Counted from the stretch's first letter, positions 9,793 through 20,147 are shown. The stretch is DNA of 56,660 nt from Ruminococcus sp. (GCA_051880875.1 JBJEOU010000024.1:1-56660); one strand, 5' to 3'. A program made the numbers and translations. Notes: generated from the letters alone by a model not told the origin.

Positions 9793-9821
9793 ATTTTTAA
9801 TTATTTTTAGGAGGAAGAGAT

Positions 9822-11039
9822 ATGAAAAAGGTTACAAGTCTTATTATAATTGCGGCAGTTGTACTTTCTTCTTTGGTCTTTACAACAGGATGCACCAAGA
9901 AGCAGGAGGTTGACCTTTCTGAGTATTTAGCATACGAGGGTTTCAGCGGATTTGCTACATTAGAGGAACAGCCTGTTCTTGAAGATTACGAAACAAAGTA
10001 TGACGACCTTAAGGAGAAGAGAAAAGAAGCAAGGCTTGACGAGGACGACAGCAAATATGATGAATACACCGAAGAAATGAAGTCCTTGAGAAATCTTAAC
10101 AAAGCTTTGGAATGTGTAAAATTCAAGCTTGTTAAGGGCGAAAACGGAAAGCTTGCAAACGGTGACACCATCAAAATTACGGCAAAATATGACGAAGACA
10201 AGATTGATAAGTACGATGTATCATTTGTTGCCGACGAATTTGAAACAAAGGTAAAGGGTCTTGAGGAAAAGGAAGTTGTTGACCCCTTTGACAGCTCCAA
10301 TTTCATCGTTACTTACAGTGGTCTTGACGGTGAAGGAAGTATAAAAGTCGACAGTAAGGAAGACGACAGCGACTACACAATCTACTACAACACAGAACCA
10401 AGCTATAACCTTAAAAACGGCGACAAGGTAACCGTAACAGCTACACTTTATGACGAGGATTATATCCTGAAAGACAGCGAGGACGGCGAAGTGGCAACAA
10501 AGGAACTCACCGTTGAGGGTCTTGGCGATATTCCTGAAAAGCTTAGCAGCTCCGTTGACAGCACAGTTCCCACAGAGGCTATCCTTGAGGAACTGGAAGA
10601 GGATTATGAGGCAGAGGTTGGAGATGACGACAAGGGTTACCGTTTCGGCATTGAAAACGACAACTACACATTTGCCGAGGTGAAAATCAACAAGGTTTCC
10701 GACTTTAAGCTTGAGAAAACTCTATACGGATATACTGACGACAGCTTTGGCAAGAAATCCTGTGTTTACGCTCAGATTTATTCCCGTACATTTACCTTAA
10801 AGATGGTTGACCCCAGCTATAGCTCAAAGGTTAAGAAGGGCGCTGTAAAGAATGTTACAGCCTACTACATTGGATTTATTTCCGGCGGATACCTGATGGT
10901 TGCTGACAATAAGTTAGTTAAGATTAACGATGACTACAGTATGTATTGCAGTACCTCTGCAAAGGAGAGCGCAACTGCTGTTCAAAAGTATTTTGAAGAT
11001 TCATACAAATCCAATTACACCATTACAGAAGTGAAGTAA
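9822..11039 (+). CDS. Acidic lipoprotein with two internal LxNGDxxxxT repeats
   Basis: Signal peptide with TTGC lipobox; KLANGDTIKITA...VKGL and NLKNGDKVTVTA...VEGL. Confidence 0.8.
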   Translation: MKKVTSLIIIAAVVLSSLVFTTGCTKKQEVDLSEYLAYEGFSGFATLEEQPVLEDYETKYDDLKEKRKEARLDEDDSKYDEYTEEMKSLRNLNKALECVKFKLVKGENGKLANGDTIKITAKYDEDKIDKYDVSFVADEFETKVKGLEEKEVVDPFDSSNFIVTYSGLDGEGSIKVDSKEDDSDYTIYYNTEPSYNLKNGDKVTVTATLYDEDYILKDSEDGEVATKELTVEGLGDIPEKLSSSVDSTVPTEAILEELEEDYEAEVGDDDKGYRFGIENDNYTFAEVKINKVSDFKLEKTLYGYTDDSFGKKSCVYAQIYSRTFTLKMVDPSYSSKVKKGAVKNVTAYYIGFISGGYLMVADNKLVKINDDYSMYCSTSAKESATAVQKYFEDSYKSNYTITEVK

Positions 11040-11051
11040 TAATTGCAAAGT

Positions 11052-11080
11052 AAAAGCTCCCCGGACGGGGAGCTTTTCTT
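11052..11080. terminator. Bidirectional terminator
   Basis: AAAAGCTCCCC-GGAC-GGGGAGCTTTT between convergent genes. Confidence 0.85.
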
Positions 11081-11089
11081 TTTATAAGA

Positions 11090-11599
11090 CTATTTAAGCA
11101 AACTTTCAACCTGCTCTACTGTTGTTTCGTCAGCGTAGCCGTTGATGAATGTGTTAAGGGAGCTTGCAAATTCATCGCCGTAAAGATAAACCTTGTCGTC
11201 AATTAGATAAACATAAAAGATGTTGTTGCTTGTGCCCTTGTTAATCAGCTCAAAGCAGTAAACCTTGTCAGCCTTGGAGGTGTCCTCTTTGTCCTTTTTG
11301 TTGTTGCTGATAACGCTGTTGCTGTGAATCATATCGTTGATAATCTGAATTTTATCACTATCGTTCCACTTAACAGTTGTAATTATTGCACCTTTAGCAT
11401 CCCCTGTTCCGTCATAAATATATGCCGCAGAATTCGATGATGCAGTTGATGTATTTTCAACCCCGGAAGTTGAGGAGGATTGGGTTACCACCACAGTTCC
11501 GTTGTTTGTTGTTTCAGCATTATTGTCCGAACTGCTGTCACACCCCGCAAGGCAGGCTAAAAGCATTAAAGCTATAATAATCGGGATTATTCTTTTCAT
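11090..11599 (-). CDS. Hypothetical lipoprotein with S/T/N-rich linker
   Basis: Lipobox LAGC; RBS AAGGAAG. Confidence 0.8.
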   Translation of the reverse strand: MKRIIPIIIALMLLACLAGCDSSSDNNAETTNNGTVVVTQSSSTSGVENTSTASSNSAAYIYDGTGDAKGAIITTVKWNDSDKIQIINDMIHSNSVISNNKKDKEDTSKADKVYCFELINKGTSNNIFYVYLIDDKVYLYGDEFASSLNTFINGYADETTVEQVESLLK

Positions 11600-11746
11600 T
11601 TTTCATCTTCCTTTTTGTAATTCTCATATGTTTTGGAATTATTATATCATAAAAATGTGAATGGTAGTTGAATATCAGGAAATTTTTTGATTATTTTATG
11701 TTATATGAGGAAATCACTCACTCTTTCATACCGAACCACCCTGCTA

Positions 11747-11936
11747 TGTCATTCTGAAATGTTCCCCTCTGTGTAATTCTGAGTGAGCAAAGCGACCGAA
11801 GAATCTGAAAGGATAGCAGTAGTGCCTAAGCCGACACTGTCAGGTTATAAGAAAGTACGATTTCTCTAACAAAATGCGTGGTAAAGGTAGGGGATTCCTC
11901 GACAAGCTCGGAATGACAGAGGGAGATAGAATGACA
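11747..11936. repeat. Nested TGTC/CGTC-type REP-like palindromic element
   Basis: TGTCATTCTG...TGTAATTCTGAG..CGAAGAATC on the left; GATTCCTCG..CTCGGAATGACA...AGAATGACA on the right. Confidence 0.65.
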
Positions 11937-11956
11937 GGGCGTGTTGCCCTAATGAT

Positions 11957-11982
11957 AAAAGGGAGTGCTTGACTCCCTTTTT
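11957..11982 (-). terminator. Terminator of the rimP-truB operon
   Basis: AAAAGGGAGT-GCTTG-ACTCCCTTTT. Confidence 0.8.
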
Positions 11983-11996
11983 AGCTCTATCATATT

Positions 11997-12893
11997 TTAC
12001 TGATTTACGGCAAACAGCTTATAAATTTTCAGCTCCTCGCCCTTGATAATGCCAAGACCTAAAAATTTATTTTGGTCGTCCTTAACTCTGAGGATTGCAC
12101 CCTCCGGCGGATTCAGCTTTGCAAGGTAAGTCCTGTTCTTGTCAAGTGCCCCACCGTTTTGAAAACGCTTTGCCTGAGGGGAAGTCACCTTAACATATCC
12201 GTAGGTCATAAACAGGCTTTCTGTGTCCTTGATGTAATCCTGAAAGTCGGTCATTTCCCTTGCCTTTTCAAGGGGAATAGCATCCTCTATGGAGTATCCG
12301 CAGGCATTTGTCCTGACAAGTGAGGTCATAACACCAAAGGTGCCAAGGGCATTTCCAATGTCGTCAATCAATGTCCTGACATATGTACCCTTACTGCATT
12401 TTATTTTAAGAGTACCGCTTTGGCTTTCTTCGTCAAAGTCGGTAAGGATAAGGCTAAAAATAGTGACAGGTCGGGACTTTCTCTCCACCTCTTTGCCATC
12501 ACGGGCAAGGTCATAAAGCCTTTTTCCGTCAACCTTAACTGCGGAATACATGGGGGGAATCTGTTGTATCTCCCCTGTAAACTTCGGTAGGATTTTCAGA
12601 ATATCATCTTTTGAAAAAGATGTTTTTTCTTCCTTAATAACCTCTCCCCATATGTCCAATGTGTCGGTTTTTACACCAAGCCTGAAAGTTGCAACATACT
12701 CCTTGTCGTGATTTACCACCAAATCCTGTGCCTTAGTTGCGTTGCCCAGCACAAGGGGCAAAACTCCTGTGGCGTTTGGGTCAAGTGTACCGAGATGCCC
12801 GATTTTCCTCTCCCCTGTCACTCGTCGCATAATGGCAACCACATCAAAGGAGGTGAAGTCCATAGGCTTGTTAATTACTAAAACACCGTTCAT
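11997..12893 (-). CDS. truB: tRNA pseudouridine(55) synthase
   Basis: INKPMDFTS, GHLGTLDPNATG, PPMYSAVK, CSKGTYVRTL; start MNGVL overlaps the DHH stop. Confidence 0.96.
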   Translation of the reverse strand: MNGVLVINKPMDFTSFDVVAIMRRVTGERKIGHLGTLDPNATGVLPLVLGNATKAQDLVVNHDKEYVATFRLGVKTDTLDIWGEVIKEEKTSFSKDDILKILPKFTGEIQQIPPMYSAVKVDGKRLYDLARDGKEVERKSRPVTIFSLILTDFDEESQSGTLKIKCSKGTYVRTLIDDIGNALGTFGVMTSLVRTNACGYSIEDAIPLEKAREMTDFQDYIKDTESLFMTYGYVKVTSPQAKRFQNGGALDKNRTYLAKLNPPEGAILRVKDDQNKFLGLGIIKGEELKIYKLFAVNQ

Positions 12894-13834
12894 AGCAAAA
12901 TCTCTTCTGCGGCGGCAATAAGGGTCTGCTTTACTGTGATAAGGTCGCCCTGCATAGCACATCCCGAAGCCGCCTTGTGACCGCCACCGCCGAACCTTTT
13001 GCAAAATTCACAGGCATCTGTGTCGCCGTTAGTTCTTACAGAAATTTTGAAATCCCTGTTTTTCTTTTCCCTTATGGTGATGCCCATTTTGACACCCTCA
13101 ATCTGGCGGGGAATGGAGGCAAGACCCTCCATCTCATCGTCACCAAGGTTCAGCTTATCCTGCATTGCAATGGTTGTGTAAATAATTGCAAGTTTACCCT
13201 CACAGTAAAAGTCCAGGGTATCGTAAACCATTCTTTCAAGTGCGATTTTTTCCTTGGTTTTTGTTTCAAACATTTTTCGGTTTATTTCCCCGAAATCTGC
13301 CCCAAGGTCAATCAGCTCACCTGCAATTTTGTGGGTTTTTGATGTGGTGTTGGTGTACATAAAGCACCCTGTATCTGTGCTTACCCCGGTGTAAAGGCAG
13401 TTTGCAATTTGTGGTGTTATCTCCTCACCCATTACATTTATCAAATCAAAGATAATCTCCGCTGTTGCGGCGGCTGTGGCGTCAATATAGCTGTCCTCAA
13501 CCTCCAGGGAGTTACTTCCGTGGTGGTCAATACACAGGTCTATTCTGTGGCTGTAAGGCTCCTCATTCTCCCCCAAAAGGGACTTTGCCGCTACATCCAC
13601 CGACACAATAAACTCCGGTGTAAAGACATCTTCCTTAATCCCGTCCAGGAGATAGGAAAACTTCTTTGCACATTTACCGCTAAGTACAACCCTTGCATTC
13701 TTGCCCATATTCTGCAAAGCTATGCAAAGTCCATAGGCAGAGCCAAGGGTATCTCCGTCGGGATAGTGATGGGTGAGGATTTCAATATTATTCTGTGACT
13801 TTAAAATATTCGCAACATCACTCAGCGTCATCAT
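12890..13834 (-). CDS. DHH/DHHA1 phosphoesterase (NrnA-like oligoribonuclease/pAp phosphatase)
   Basis: HHYPDGDTLGS, IDHH, TDTG, GGGGHKAASG; usual position between rbfA and truB. Confidence 0.9.
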   Translation of the reverse strand: MMTLSDVANILKSQNNIEILTHHYPDGDTLGSAYGLCIALQNMGKNARVVLSGKCAKKFSYLLDGIKEDVFTPEFIVSVDVAAKSLLGENEEPYSHRIDLCIDHHGSNSLEVEDSYIDATAAATAEIIFDLINVMGEEITPQIANCLYTGVSTDTGCFMYTNTTSKTHKIAGELIDLGADFGEINRKMFETKTKEKIALERMVYDTLDFYCEGKLAIIYTTIAMQDKLNLGDDEMEGLASIPRQIEGVKMGITIREKKNRDFKISVRTNGDTDACEFCKRFGGGGHKAASGCAMQGDLITVKQTLIAAAEEILL

Positions 13835-14192
13835 CACTATCATCCTTTTTTATATCAAGCTCATTTAAAATACGGCTTATGTTAGCGCTGTACTCCACGC
13901 TGTCCGTTGCCTTAAAAATAAGCTCGGGAGTATGGCGCAGATGCAGTCTGTGGCCAAGCTCACGGCGAATAAAGCCGGATGCCGATTTCAGTCCCTTCAG
14001 CGCCTCCTTTGCCCTTTCCATACCCTCTATTACACTGAAATAAACTGTGCAATAGCTAAGGTCGTTTGTTACCTCAACACGGATAATGGAAATAAAGCAG
14101 TCGGCAACACGGGGGTCCTTAACCATTTTAAAAATGGCGGTGAGTTCCCTCTTGATATCTTCTGTTGTTCTGTCAATTCTGTGTCCTGACAT
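13818..14192 (-). CDS. rbfA: Ribosome-binding factor A
   Basis: VKDPR, VEVTNDLS, GFIRRELG...LRHTPELIF. Confidence 0.95.
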   Translation of the reverse strand: MSGHRIDRTTEDIKRELTAIFKMVKDPRVADCFISIIRVEVTNDLSYCTVYFSVIEGMERAKEALKGLKSASGFIRRELGHRLHLRHTPELIFKATDSVEYSANISRILNELDIKKDDSDDDAE

Positions 14193-14225
14193 AATAACTT
14201 CCTCTATAATCAAACAAGTTGTAAG

Positions 14226-14261
14226 TTAAGGAAACACTAATAGTTTTTAGTGTTTCCCTAA
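14226..14261. repeat. GGAAACACT palindrome, copy 1
   Basis: TTAAGGAAACACTAA-TAGTTT-TTAGTGTTTCCCTAA. Confidence 0.7.
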
Positions 14262-14274
14262 TACCCAAACAATA

Positions 14275-16599
14275 TTAGTCTTCTCTGTACTCCTGAATTT
14301 CATACACTTCAAAAATATCTCCCTCACGAAGGTCGCTGAATCTTTCAAGGCAGATACCGCACTCGTAGTTTTCGTGTACTTCCTTAACAGCGTCCTTAAA
14401 TCTCTGGAGAGATGCAATGTTATCGTCGGCAATAACAACGCCGTCACGAATTACACGCACCTGTGCATTCCTCTTGATAACACCGTTCTTTACATAAGAA
14501 CCTGCAACCACACCAACACTCTTGATGCGGATGATGTTACGGATTTCGGCATTACCGATTACAACCTCTCTTGTCTTAGGAGCAAGCATACCCTTCATAG
14601 CGGCTTCAATCTCCTCAATACAGTTGTAGATAATGCTGTAAAGACGAATGTCAACAGATTCCCTTTCTGCATTTGCAAGGGCTGTTGCGTCGGGACGAAC
14701 ATTAAAGCCTACAATGATTGCATTACTTGCGTTTGCAAGCATAACATCACTTTCGTTAATAGCACCAACACCGCCGTGGATAACATTAACCCTTACCTCG
14801 TCGTTGGTAAGCTTTTCAAGTGACTGACGGACAGCCTCAACAGAGCCCTGAACATCAGCCTTAACAATAATCTGGAGCTCCTTCATTTCGCCCTGCTTCA
14901 TCTGGTCAAACAGGTTGTCAAGGGTAACCTTTGTTCTGGAGTTGAACAGTTCTTCCTTCTGCTTTGTCTTTCTCTGCTCAACAAGCTCTCTTGCAAGTCT
15001 TTCGTTTGTAACGGCGTTGAAAATATCACCGCCCTGCGGTACTTCGGCAAGGCCTGTGATTTCAACAGGAACAGATGGGCCTGCCTCCTTAACGGACATA
15101 CCCTTGTCGTTTGTCATTGCACGAACTCTGCCCACAGCTGTGCCGGCAACAACGATGTCACCCTTGTGGAGAGTACCGTTCTGAACAAGTACAGTTGCAA
15201 CAGGACCTCTGCCCTTGTCAAGGCGAGCCTCGATTACGCAACCCTTTGCCTGACGGTCAGGGTTAGCCTTAAGCTCTTTCATTTCTGCAATCAAAAGCAC
15301 CATTTCAAGAAGGTCTGTGATGCCCTCCTTAGTCTTGGCTGAAACAGGGATACAAGGTGTATCTCCGCCCCATTCCTCTGGAACAAGCTCATACTCTGTA
15401 AGCTGTTGCTTAACAGCCTCAGGGTTAGCCCCCGGCTTATCCATTTTGTTAATTGCAACAACTACGGAAACGCCGGCAGCCTTTGCGTGGTTGATAGCCT
15501 CAACAGTCTGTGGCATAATACCGTCGTCAGCGGCAACAACAAGGATTGCAATATCAGTTGCCTGTGCGCCACGGGCACGCATTGTTGTAAATGCTTCGTG
15601 ACCCGGTGTATCAAGGAAGGTGATGTCCTTTCCGCCCACCTGTACTCTGTAAGCACCGATGTGCTGTGTGATTCCGCCGGCTTCGGATGCTGTTACATTT
15701 GCGTGGCGGATAACATCAAGGATAGAAGTCTTACCGTGGTCAACGTGGCCCATAACAACTACAACAGGTGCTCTGCCAACCAGGTTCTTGTCGTCGTCCT
15801 CGGTGTCGTCAATAATCTGCTCTTCAATGGTGACAACCACTTCTTTTTCAACCTTTGCGTGGAATTCCATTGCAATAAGGGAGGCTGTGTCAAAGTCAAC
15901 TGTATCTGTTGCTGTAACCATTGTACCCATCATAAATGCCTTTTTTACAACCTCAGCAACAGTAGCCTTTAGTCGGGAAGCAAGCTCCTGAATTACAATT
16001 TCGTCAGGAATCTGCACAGTAATAGGCTTTGCCTTTCTTTCGGCGGCGATTCTCTTAAGACGCTCCTGCTCTGTTTCTCTTCTACCCTGGCGTTTCTTTC
16101 TCTGCTGTGAACGCTGGTTAATCTTCTGCTTTTTAACCTGGCTCCTGTTTCTGTCGCTTCTGTTCATTCCGGAGTCAGCCATATTGTCGTACTTTTCGTT
16201 GTATTTATCAACATTAACCACAACAGCAGATGTGTCAATAACACGGCTCTCCTTCTTCTTTGGAGTCTCCTGCTGTTTTTCCGGTGCAGGAGCTTTGCCC
16301 TGCTTCTGAGCCTGCTGAGCCTTCTGCTTTTTCAGCTCTTCTTTTCTCTTTTTCTTTTCTTCTTCTTTCTTGGCTTCGGCGGCTTCTATGCCGGCATTTC
16401 TCTTGGCAAAGTAGCTGTCAAGGCTGTCGAGGTTTTCTTCCTGTGTGAAGAAGTCAAATACCACGTCAAGCTGGTTTTCGTCAAGGGCTGTTGTTGTCTT
16501 TGCCTGAACACCGCAATACTTGTCAAGCACCTCTACTACCTTTTTTCCGTTAACGCCCAAATCCTTGGCAACCTCGTTAACCTTATATTTAATCATCAT
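14275..16599 (-). CDS. infB: Translation initiation factor IF-2
   Basis: [37 protein letters not shown]. Confidence 0.98.
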   Translation of the reverse strand: MMIKYKVNEVAKDLGVNGKKVVEVLDKYCGVQAKTTTALDENQLDVVFDFFTQEENLDSLDSYFAKRNAGIEAAEAKKEEEKKKRKEELKKQKAQQAQKQGKAPAPEKQQETPKKKESRVIDTSAVVVNVDKYNEKYDNMADSGMNRSDRNRSQVKKQKINQRSQQRKKRQGRRETEQERLKRIAAERKAKPITVQIPDEIVIQELASRLKATVAEVVKKAFMMGTMVTATDTVDFDTASLIAMEFHAKVEKEVVVTIEEQIIDDTEDDDKNLVGRAPVVVVMGHVDHGKTSILDVIRHANVTASEAGGITQHIGAYRVQVGGKDITFLDTPGHEAFTTMRARGAQATDIAILVVAADDGIMPQTVEAINHAKAAGVSVVVAINKMDKPGANPEAVKQQLTEYELVPEEWGGDTPCIPVSAKTKEGITDLLEMVLLIAEMKELKANPDRQAKGCVIEARLDKGRGPVATVLVQNGTLHKGDIVVAGTAVGRVRAMTNDKGMSVKEAGPSVPVEITGLAEVPQGGDIFNAVTNERLARELVEQRKTKQKEELFNSRTKVTLDNLFDQMKQGEMKELQIIVKADVQGSVEAVRQSLEKLTNDEVRVNVIHGGVGAINESDVMLANASNAIIVGFNVRPDATALANAERESVDIRLYSIIYNCIEEIEAAMKGMLAPKTREVVIGNAEIRNIIRIKSVGVVAGSYVKNGVIKRNAQVRVIRDGVVIADDNIASLQRFKDAVKEVHENYECGICLERFSDLREGDIFEVYEIQEYRED

Positions 16600-16603
16600 A
16601 GTG

Positions 16604-16924
16604 TCATTCCTCCTGTTCTTGTTCTTTCAGGATAAGCTCCTGAATTTTATCAGAAAAACCTTTGTCTGTTATACTCACAACTGCACAATATTTCCCAAGG
16701 GCAAATCCAAGCTCTTCCTTTGTCCTTGCAATCACCTCTGCCCTGACATTGCTGTCATTACAGGCGAGCACAACGCTCTTTTTGCTGTTTTGGGAAAAGT
16801 CCTTCGCCATAAGCACAAGGTAAGATTTTCCTTTAAGCACAGAATCTATTACAGGGTCTGCACCAATTACAATTTTTCCTGCTCGTCTGCATAATCCCAA
16901 AAGGGAAAGAAGTCTGTCATTCAT
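16604..16924 (-). CDS. L7Ae/YlxQ-family RNA-binding protein
   Basis: [22 protein letters not shown]; operon position. Confidence 0.9.
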   Translation of the reverse strand: MNDRLLSLLGLCRRAGKIVIGADPVIDSVLKGKSYLVLMAKDFSQNSKKSVVLACNDSNVRAEVIARTKEELGFALGKYCAVVSITDKGFSDKIQELILKEQEQEE

Positions 16925-17216
16925 CTTCAAGCTCCCTTTCCATCTGGTCATATACCTCGGAAGGAATCTCTGTTTCAAGAGAACGCTCTATCCTTTTTGC
17001 CTTTCGGGCTTTTTTAAGACATTCCTTACTCCTGCAAACATACGCCCCTCTGCCCGGCTTTTTTGATGTCAGGTCAAGGGATACACTTCCCTTTTCCACA
17101 ACATTTCCGTTTTCGTCCTTTTTGTCCGGGGACTTTACCACCCTGACAAGCTCCTTTTTGGGGAACATATTAAGGCATCCCGAGCATTTTCTCATAGGAA
17201 CTTTTTTCGTTTTCAC
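16917..17216 (-). CDS. ylxR: YlxR family RNA-binding protein
   Basis: VPMRKCSGC, KKELVRVV, GRGAYVC. Confidence 0.92.
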   Translation of the reverse strand: MKTKKVPMRKCSGCLNMFPKKELVRVVKSPDKKDENGNVVEKGSVSLDLTSKKPGRGAYVCRSKECLKKARKAKRIERSLETEIPSEVYDQMERELEDE

Positions 17217-17285
17217 AGTATTCCTCCCTTCATTATATTAATTATTCTAACAAGTAATTATAAGCAATTACTTAAAAAGCCAAAA

Positions 17286-18356
17286 TTATTCCTCGTCCTG
17301 TTCGTCCTCGCCGTAGAAACCGCTTTCAGGTCTTATGTCAATCTTCCAGCCTGTAAGCTTTGCGGCAAGTCTTGCGTTCTGACCCTTGTTGCCAATGGCA
17401 AGGGAAAGCTGATTGTCGGGAACAGTAACCTTGCAGGACTTTGCCTCCTCGTCCTCTACTGTAACCTTTACAACAGTTGCCGGTGAGAGAGCCTCTGCAA
17501 CAAACTTTGTGGGATCCTCTGACCACTCTACAATGTCAATCTTTTCTCCACCAAGCTCTTCAACAATTGTGTTTACTCTTGCACCCTTTGTGCCGATACA
17601 AGCGCCTACAGGGTCCACTGTTGTGTCCTTGCTGTAAACAGCCATCTTTGTTCTTGAACCTGCTTCTCTGGAAACTGACTTAATCTCAACAACACCGTCA
17701 AAGATTTCGGGAACCTCTGTTTCAAACAGTCTTTTCACAAAGTCGGGGTGTGTTCTGGAGATAATAGCCCTTGGGCCTCTGTCGCCGTTCTTAACATCTA
17801 CAATGTAAACCTTTACATGGTCGCCCTCTTTAAGTACCTCTTCCCCAACCTGCTCGGACTTTGGCAAAATAGTTTCTGCCTTGCCGATTTTAATGGTTGC
17901 CGCACCGGAAACCGGGTCGATTCTCTCAACAGTTGCAGTTACAAGCTCCTGCTGTCTTGACTGGAACTCTGCAAGCATCTGTCCCTTTTCTCCGTCACGG
18001 ATTCCCTGGCGGATTACGGAACGGGCAGTCTGAACTGCAATTCTGCCCAGATTTTTAGGGTCAAGGGCAATGCCTACATTTTCGCCGATTTGTGCGTCCT
18101 TGTTAATCTTCTGAGCATCCTCAAGGCTTATTTCGTAGTCAGGGTCAAAGACCTCCTCAACAACCTCTTTGTTAATCTTAACATCAAAGGTGTTCTTGTC
18201 GGGGTCAATATCAATGTCAACATTTTCGTTGCCCCCAAAGTTGTTTTTGCAGGCAATTACGATTGCCTTTGAAATCTGGGCAATCATTGCTTCCATCGAA
18301 ATTCCCTTTTCTGTTTCCAAAAGCCTCAACGCTTCAAAAATTTCTTTGTTATCCAT
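17286..18356 (-). CDS. nusA: Transcription factor NusA
   Basis: SRTHP, REAGSRTK, GACIG, LAIGNKGQNARLAAKLTGWKIDI. Confidence 0.97.
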   Translation of the reverse strand: MDNKEIFEALRLLETEKGISMEAMIAQISKAIVIACKNNFGGNENVDIDIDPDKNTFDVKINKEVVEEVFDPDYEISLEDAQKINKDAQIGENVGIALDPKNLGRIAVQTARSVIRQGIRDGEKGQMLAEFQSRQQELVTATVERIDPVSGAATIKIGKAETILPKSEQVGEEVLKEGDHVKVYIVDVKNGDRGPRAIISRTHPDFVKRLFETEVPEIFDGVVEIKSVSREAGSRTKMAVYSKDTTVDPVGACIGTKGARVNTIVEELGGEKIDIVEWSEDPTKFVAEALSPATVVKVTVEDEEAKSCKVTVPDNQLSLAIGNKGQNARLAAKLTGWKIDIRPESGFYGEDEQDEE

Positions 18357-18376
18357 TCCAAAATCATATCCTTTCC

Positions 18377-18859
18377 TTAAAAATCAAAATCATCTAATTT
18401 AATATACACAGCGTCCTTTTTGTTGATGGTTACTTCATTTTCTCCGCTGTGGTCGGTAATTGTTGCTGTTTGCTTGTCGGCGGACTTTAAAACACCATTA
18501 AACTCCTTGCCGATGCCCTCAATGGGACGAATCATCTTCACCATTACATCAGCACCTAAAAACTGCTGAAAATGCTCCTCACGGACAAGCTCCCTTTCAA
18601 CTCCGGGGGAGCTTACCTCAAGGATATACTGTTCCTTGCAGGGCTCCTTTTCGTCCAGAGGCCCATCAAGGGCTCTTGACATATTCTCGCAGTCGGTTAT
18701 TCCAACTCCGCCCTCTTTGTCAATGATGACTCTCAGGTACCACTGTGCTCCCTCTTTGAGATAACGAATATCCCAAAGGCTCAGCCCCAGCTCGTCGGCA
18801 ATAGGCTTTGCAATTTCCCACACAGCACTTACCGTTGAGCCTCCTTTTTTGTTAGCCAT
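18377..18859 (-). CDS. rimP: Ribosome maturation factor RimP
   Basis: LRVIIDK, DCENMSR, LEVSSPGVEREL. Confidence 0.95.
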   Translation of the reverse strand: MANKKGGSTVSAVWEIAKPIADELGLSLWDIRYLKEGAQWYLRVIIDKEGGVGITDCENMSRALDGPLDEKEPCKEQYILEVSSPGVERELVREEHFQQFLGADVMVKMIRPIEGIGKEFNGVLKSADKQTATITDHSGENEVTINKKDAVYIKLDDFDF

Positions 18860-18874
18860 AATAATGCTCCTTTA

Positions 18875-18961
18875 CAATAACAAAGGAGCGGTCGTATGAC
18901 CACTCCTCTACCATAGGATATTAACTTATATTATAATAGCACATCGTACTATAAAAATCAA
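18875..18961 (-). promoter_or_regulatory. rimP promoter plus rimP-leader terminator-like hairpin
   Basis: TTGATT-17-TATTAT (18961-18933); AGGAGTGGTC-ATAC-GACCGCTCCT then TTGTTATT just upstream of the RBS. Confidence 0.65.
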
Positions 18962-18996
18962 GTGTTTTTCTTATATTTTACCCAATTGCAGTAACG

Positions 18997-19353
18997 TTAC
19001 TTCTTTTCCTTTGGTTTTCCAAAAAGACCTGCCAGAAGTCCGAAGAATATTGCGGCGGCTATTCCGGCACTGCAAGAGGTAAGACCTCCCGTAAAAATTC
19101 CCAGCCAGCCGTCCTTGGCTATTGCTGTTTTGATTCCTTTGTACAGATTATAGCCAAAGCCCGACAACGGCACAGTTGCGCCTGCCCCTGCAAATTCAAC
19201 AAAAGGCTCGTAAACCCCCGCGGCTCCCAGAATAACACCGATAACCACCAGTGAAGTAAGTATCCTTGCCGGAGTCAGCTTTGTTTTGTCAATAAATATC
19301 TGACCCACAACACATATCAGACCTCCCACTACAAATGCCTTGAGATAATCCAT
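18997..19353 (-). CDS. spoVAE: Stage V sporulation protein AE (SpoVAEb type)
   Basis: AFVVGGLICVVGQ, LTPARIL, FAGAGATVPLSGFG. Confidence 0.93.
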   Translation of the reverse strand: MDYLKAFVVGGLICVVGQIFIDKTKLTPARILTSLVVIGVILGAAGVYEPFVEFAGAGATVPLSGFGYNLYKGIKTAIAKDGWLGIFTGGLTSCSAGIAAAIFFGLLAGLFGKPKEKK

Positions 19354-19369
19354 ACCATCCCTCTTTTCT

Positions 19370-19404
19370 TTAAGGAAACACTGACTAAATCAGTGTTTCC
19401 TTGA
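19370..19404. repeat. GGAAACACT palindrome, copy 2
   Basis: TTAAGGAAACACTGA-CTAAA-TCAGTGTTTCCTTGA. Confidence 0.7.
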
Positions 19405-19410
19405 TGATAT

Positions 19411-19439
19411 TAATGTTCCCACAGAAAGGTAATTTATAC
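19411..19439 (-). promoter_or_regulatory. Candidate forespore (sigmaF/sigmaG-type) promoter for spoVAE
   Basis: Minus strand GTATA-14 bp-GGGAACATTA. Confidence 0.45.
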
Positions 19440-19448
19440 CCAAAAACA

Positions 19449-19476
19449 AAGGACGGAAAACCAAAGTTCCGTCCTT
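19449..19476 (-). terminator. Intrinsic terminator
   Basis: AAGGACGGAA...TTCCGTCCTT, followed on the minus strand by TGTTTTTG. Confidence 0.7.
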
Positions 19477-19504
19477 AGTAAATTTTAAGGCAAAAAGGTA
19501 TGTA

Positions 19505-20008
19505 TCAGAACAAATCCTCTTCCGCCGCTTCGGAAATTTCCTCCTGATTGTCCTCTGCCGGCTTATCATCGTGAGCCTTGTCTTCCTCTGCATTGTCGCC
19601 ATTTTCTTCAGGTTCTTCTGTCTTTTCATACTTGCTTTCGTTGGAGCAGGCAACTGTTATATCGTCAAAATCCTCCTGTGACATTTCTTCATTCACTTCG
19701 TCGTTCTGTTTTCCGTTCATAATCTCCACATAACGGATATGAGCCTTTTCCATACGACTTCCGCTTTTCTCTAAAATCTGACAGAAAAATTTATTCTCTT
19801 CCCTCTCTTCATCTGTCATTTTCTCATAATAAAGCTTGCCCAATGCCTGGTACGCCTTTGCCATAGTTTCGTTTTCCCTTTTCATAACACTTTTCAAACG
19901 GTTAAGCTGGGCGCTCTTTCTGTTTTTATCAGCAACGCAATGTGCTGCGTCCGTAATCTTTTCCTTTGCAAAGCTGATGCCGTCCATAATATTATCAAAA
20001 ACTGTCAT
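19505..20008 (-). CDS. Hypothetical coiled-coil protein with acidic tail
   Basis: RBS GGGAGG; helical N-terminus (AYQALGKLYYE), E/D-rich C-terminus. Confidence 0.8.
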   Translation of the reverse strand: MTVFDNIMDGISFAKEKITDAAHCVADKNRKSAQLNRLKSVMKRENETMAKAYQALGKLYYEKMTDEEREENKFFCQILEKSGSRMEKAHIRYVEIMNGKQNDEVNEEMSQEDFDDITVACSNESKYEKTEEPEENGDNAEEDKAHDDKPAEDNQEEISEAAEEDLF

Positions 20009-20147
20009 AATTAACCTCCCTCTGTTCTTATAAATCTCCTAATTATATTATTGCAGATTTACAGTGTAAAATCAATAAATTTTCAAAAATTACTTGCCAA
20101 TAAAATTCATTTAATATATTATTGTAGTAGCAAAAGGAGGTGGCAAT

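Noticed and set aside
12894-13004. N-terminal extensions in the ORF track (truB here; also spoVAD, leuC, malG, L7Ae, rlmB)
   Set aside because: They overlap upstream genes or promoters; downstream ATGs match family N-termini and mostly have RBSs or stop-start overlaps
17252-17273. AAGTAATT-N6-AATTACTT palindrome between nusA and ylxR
   Set aside because: Weak AT-rich stem, single instance, could be chance
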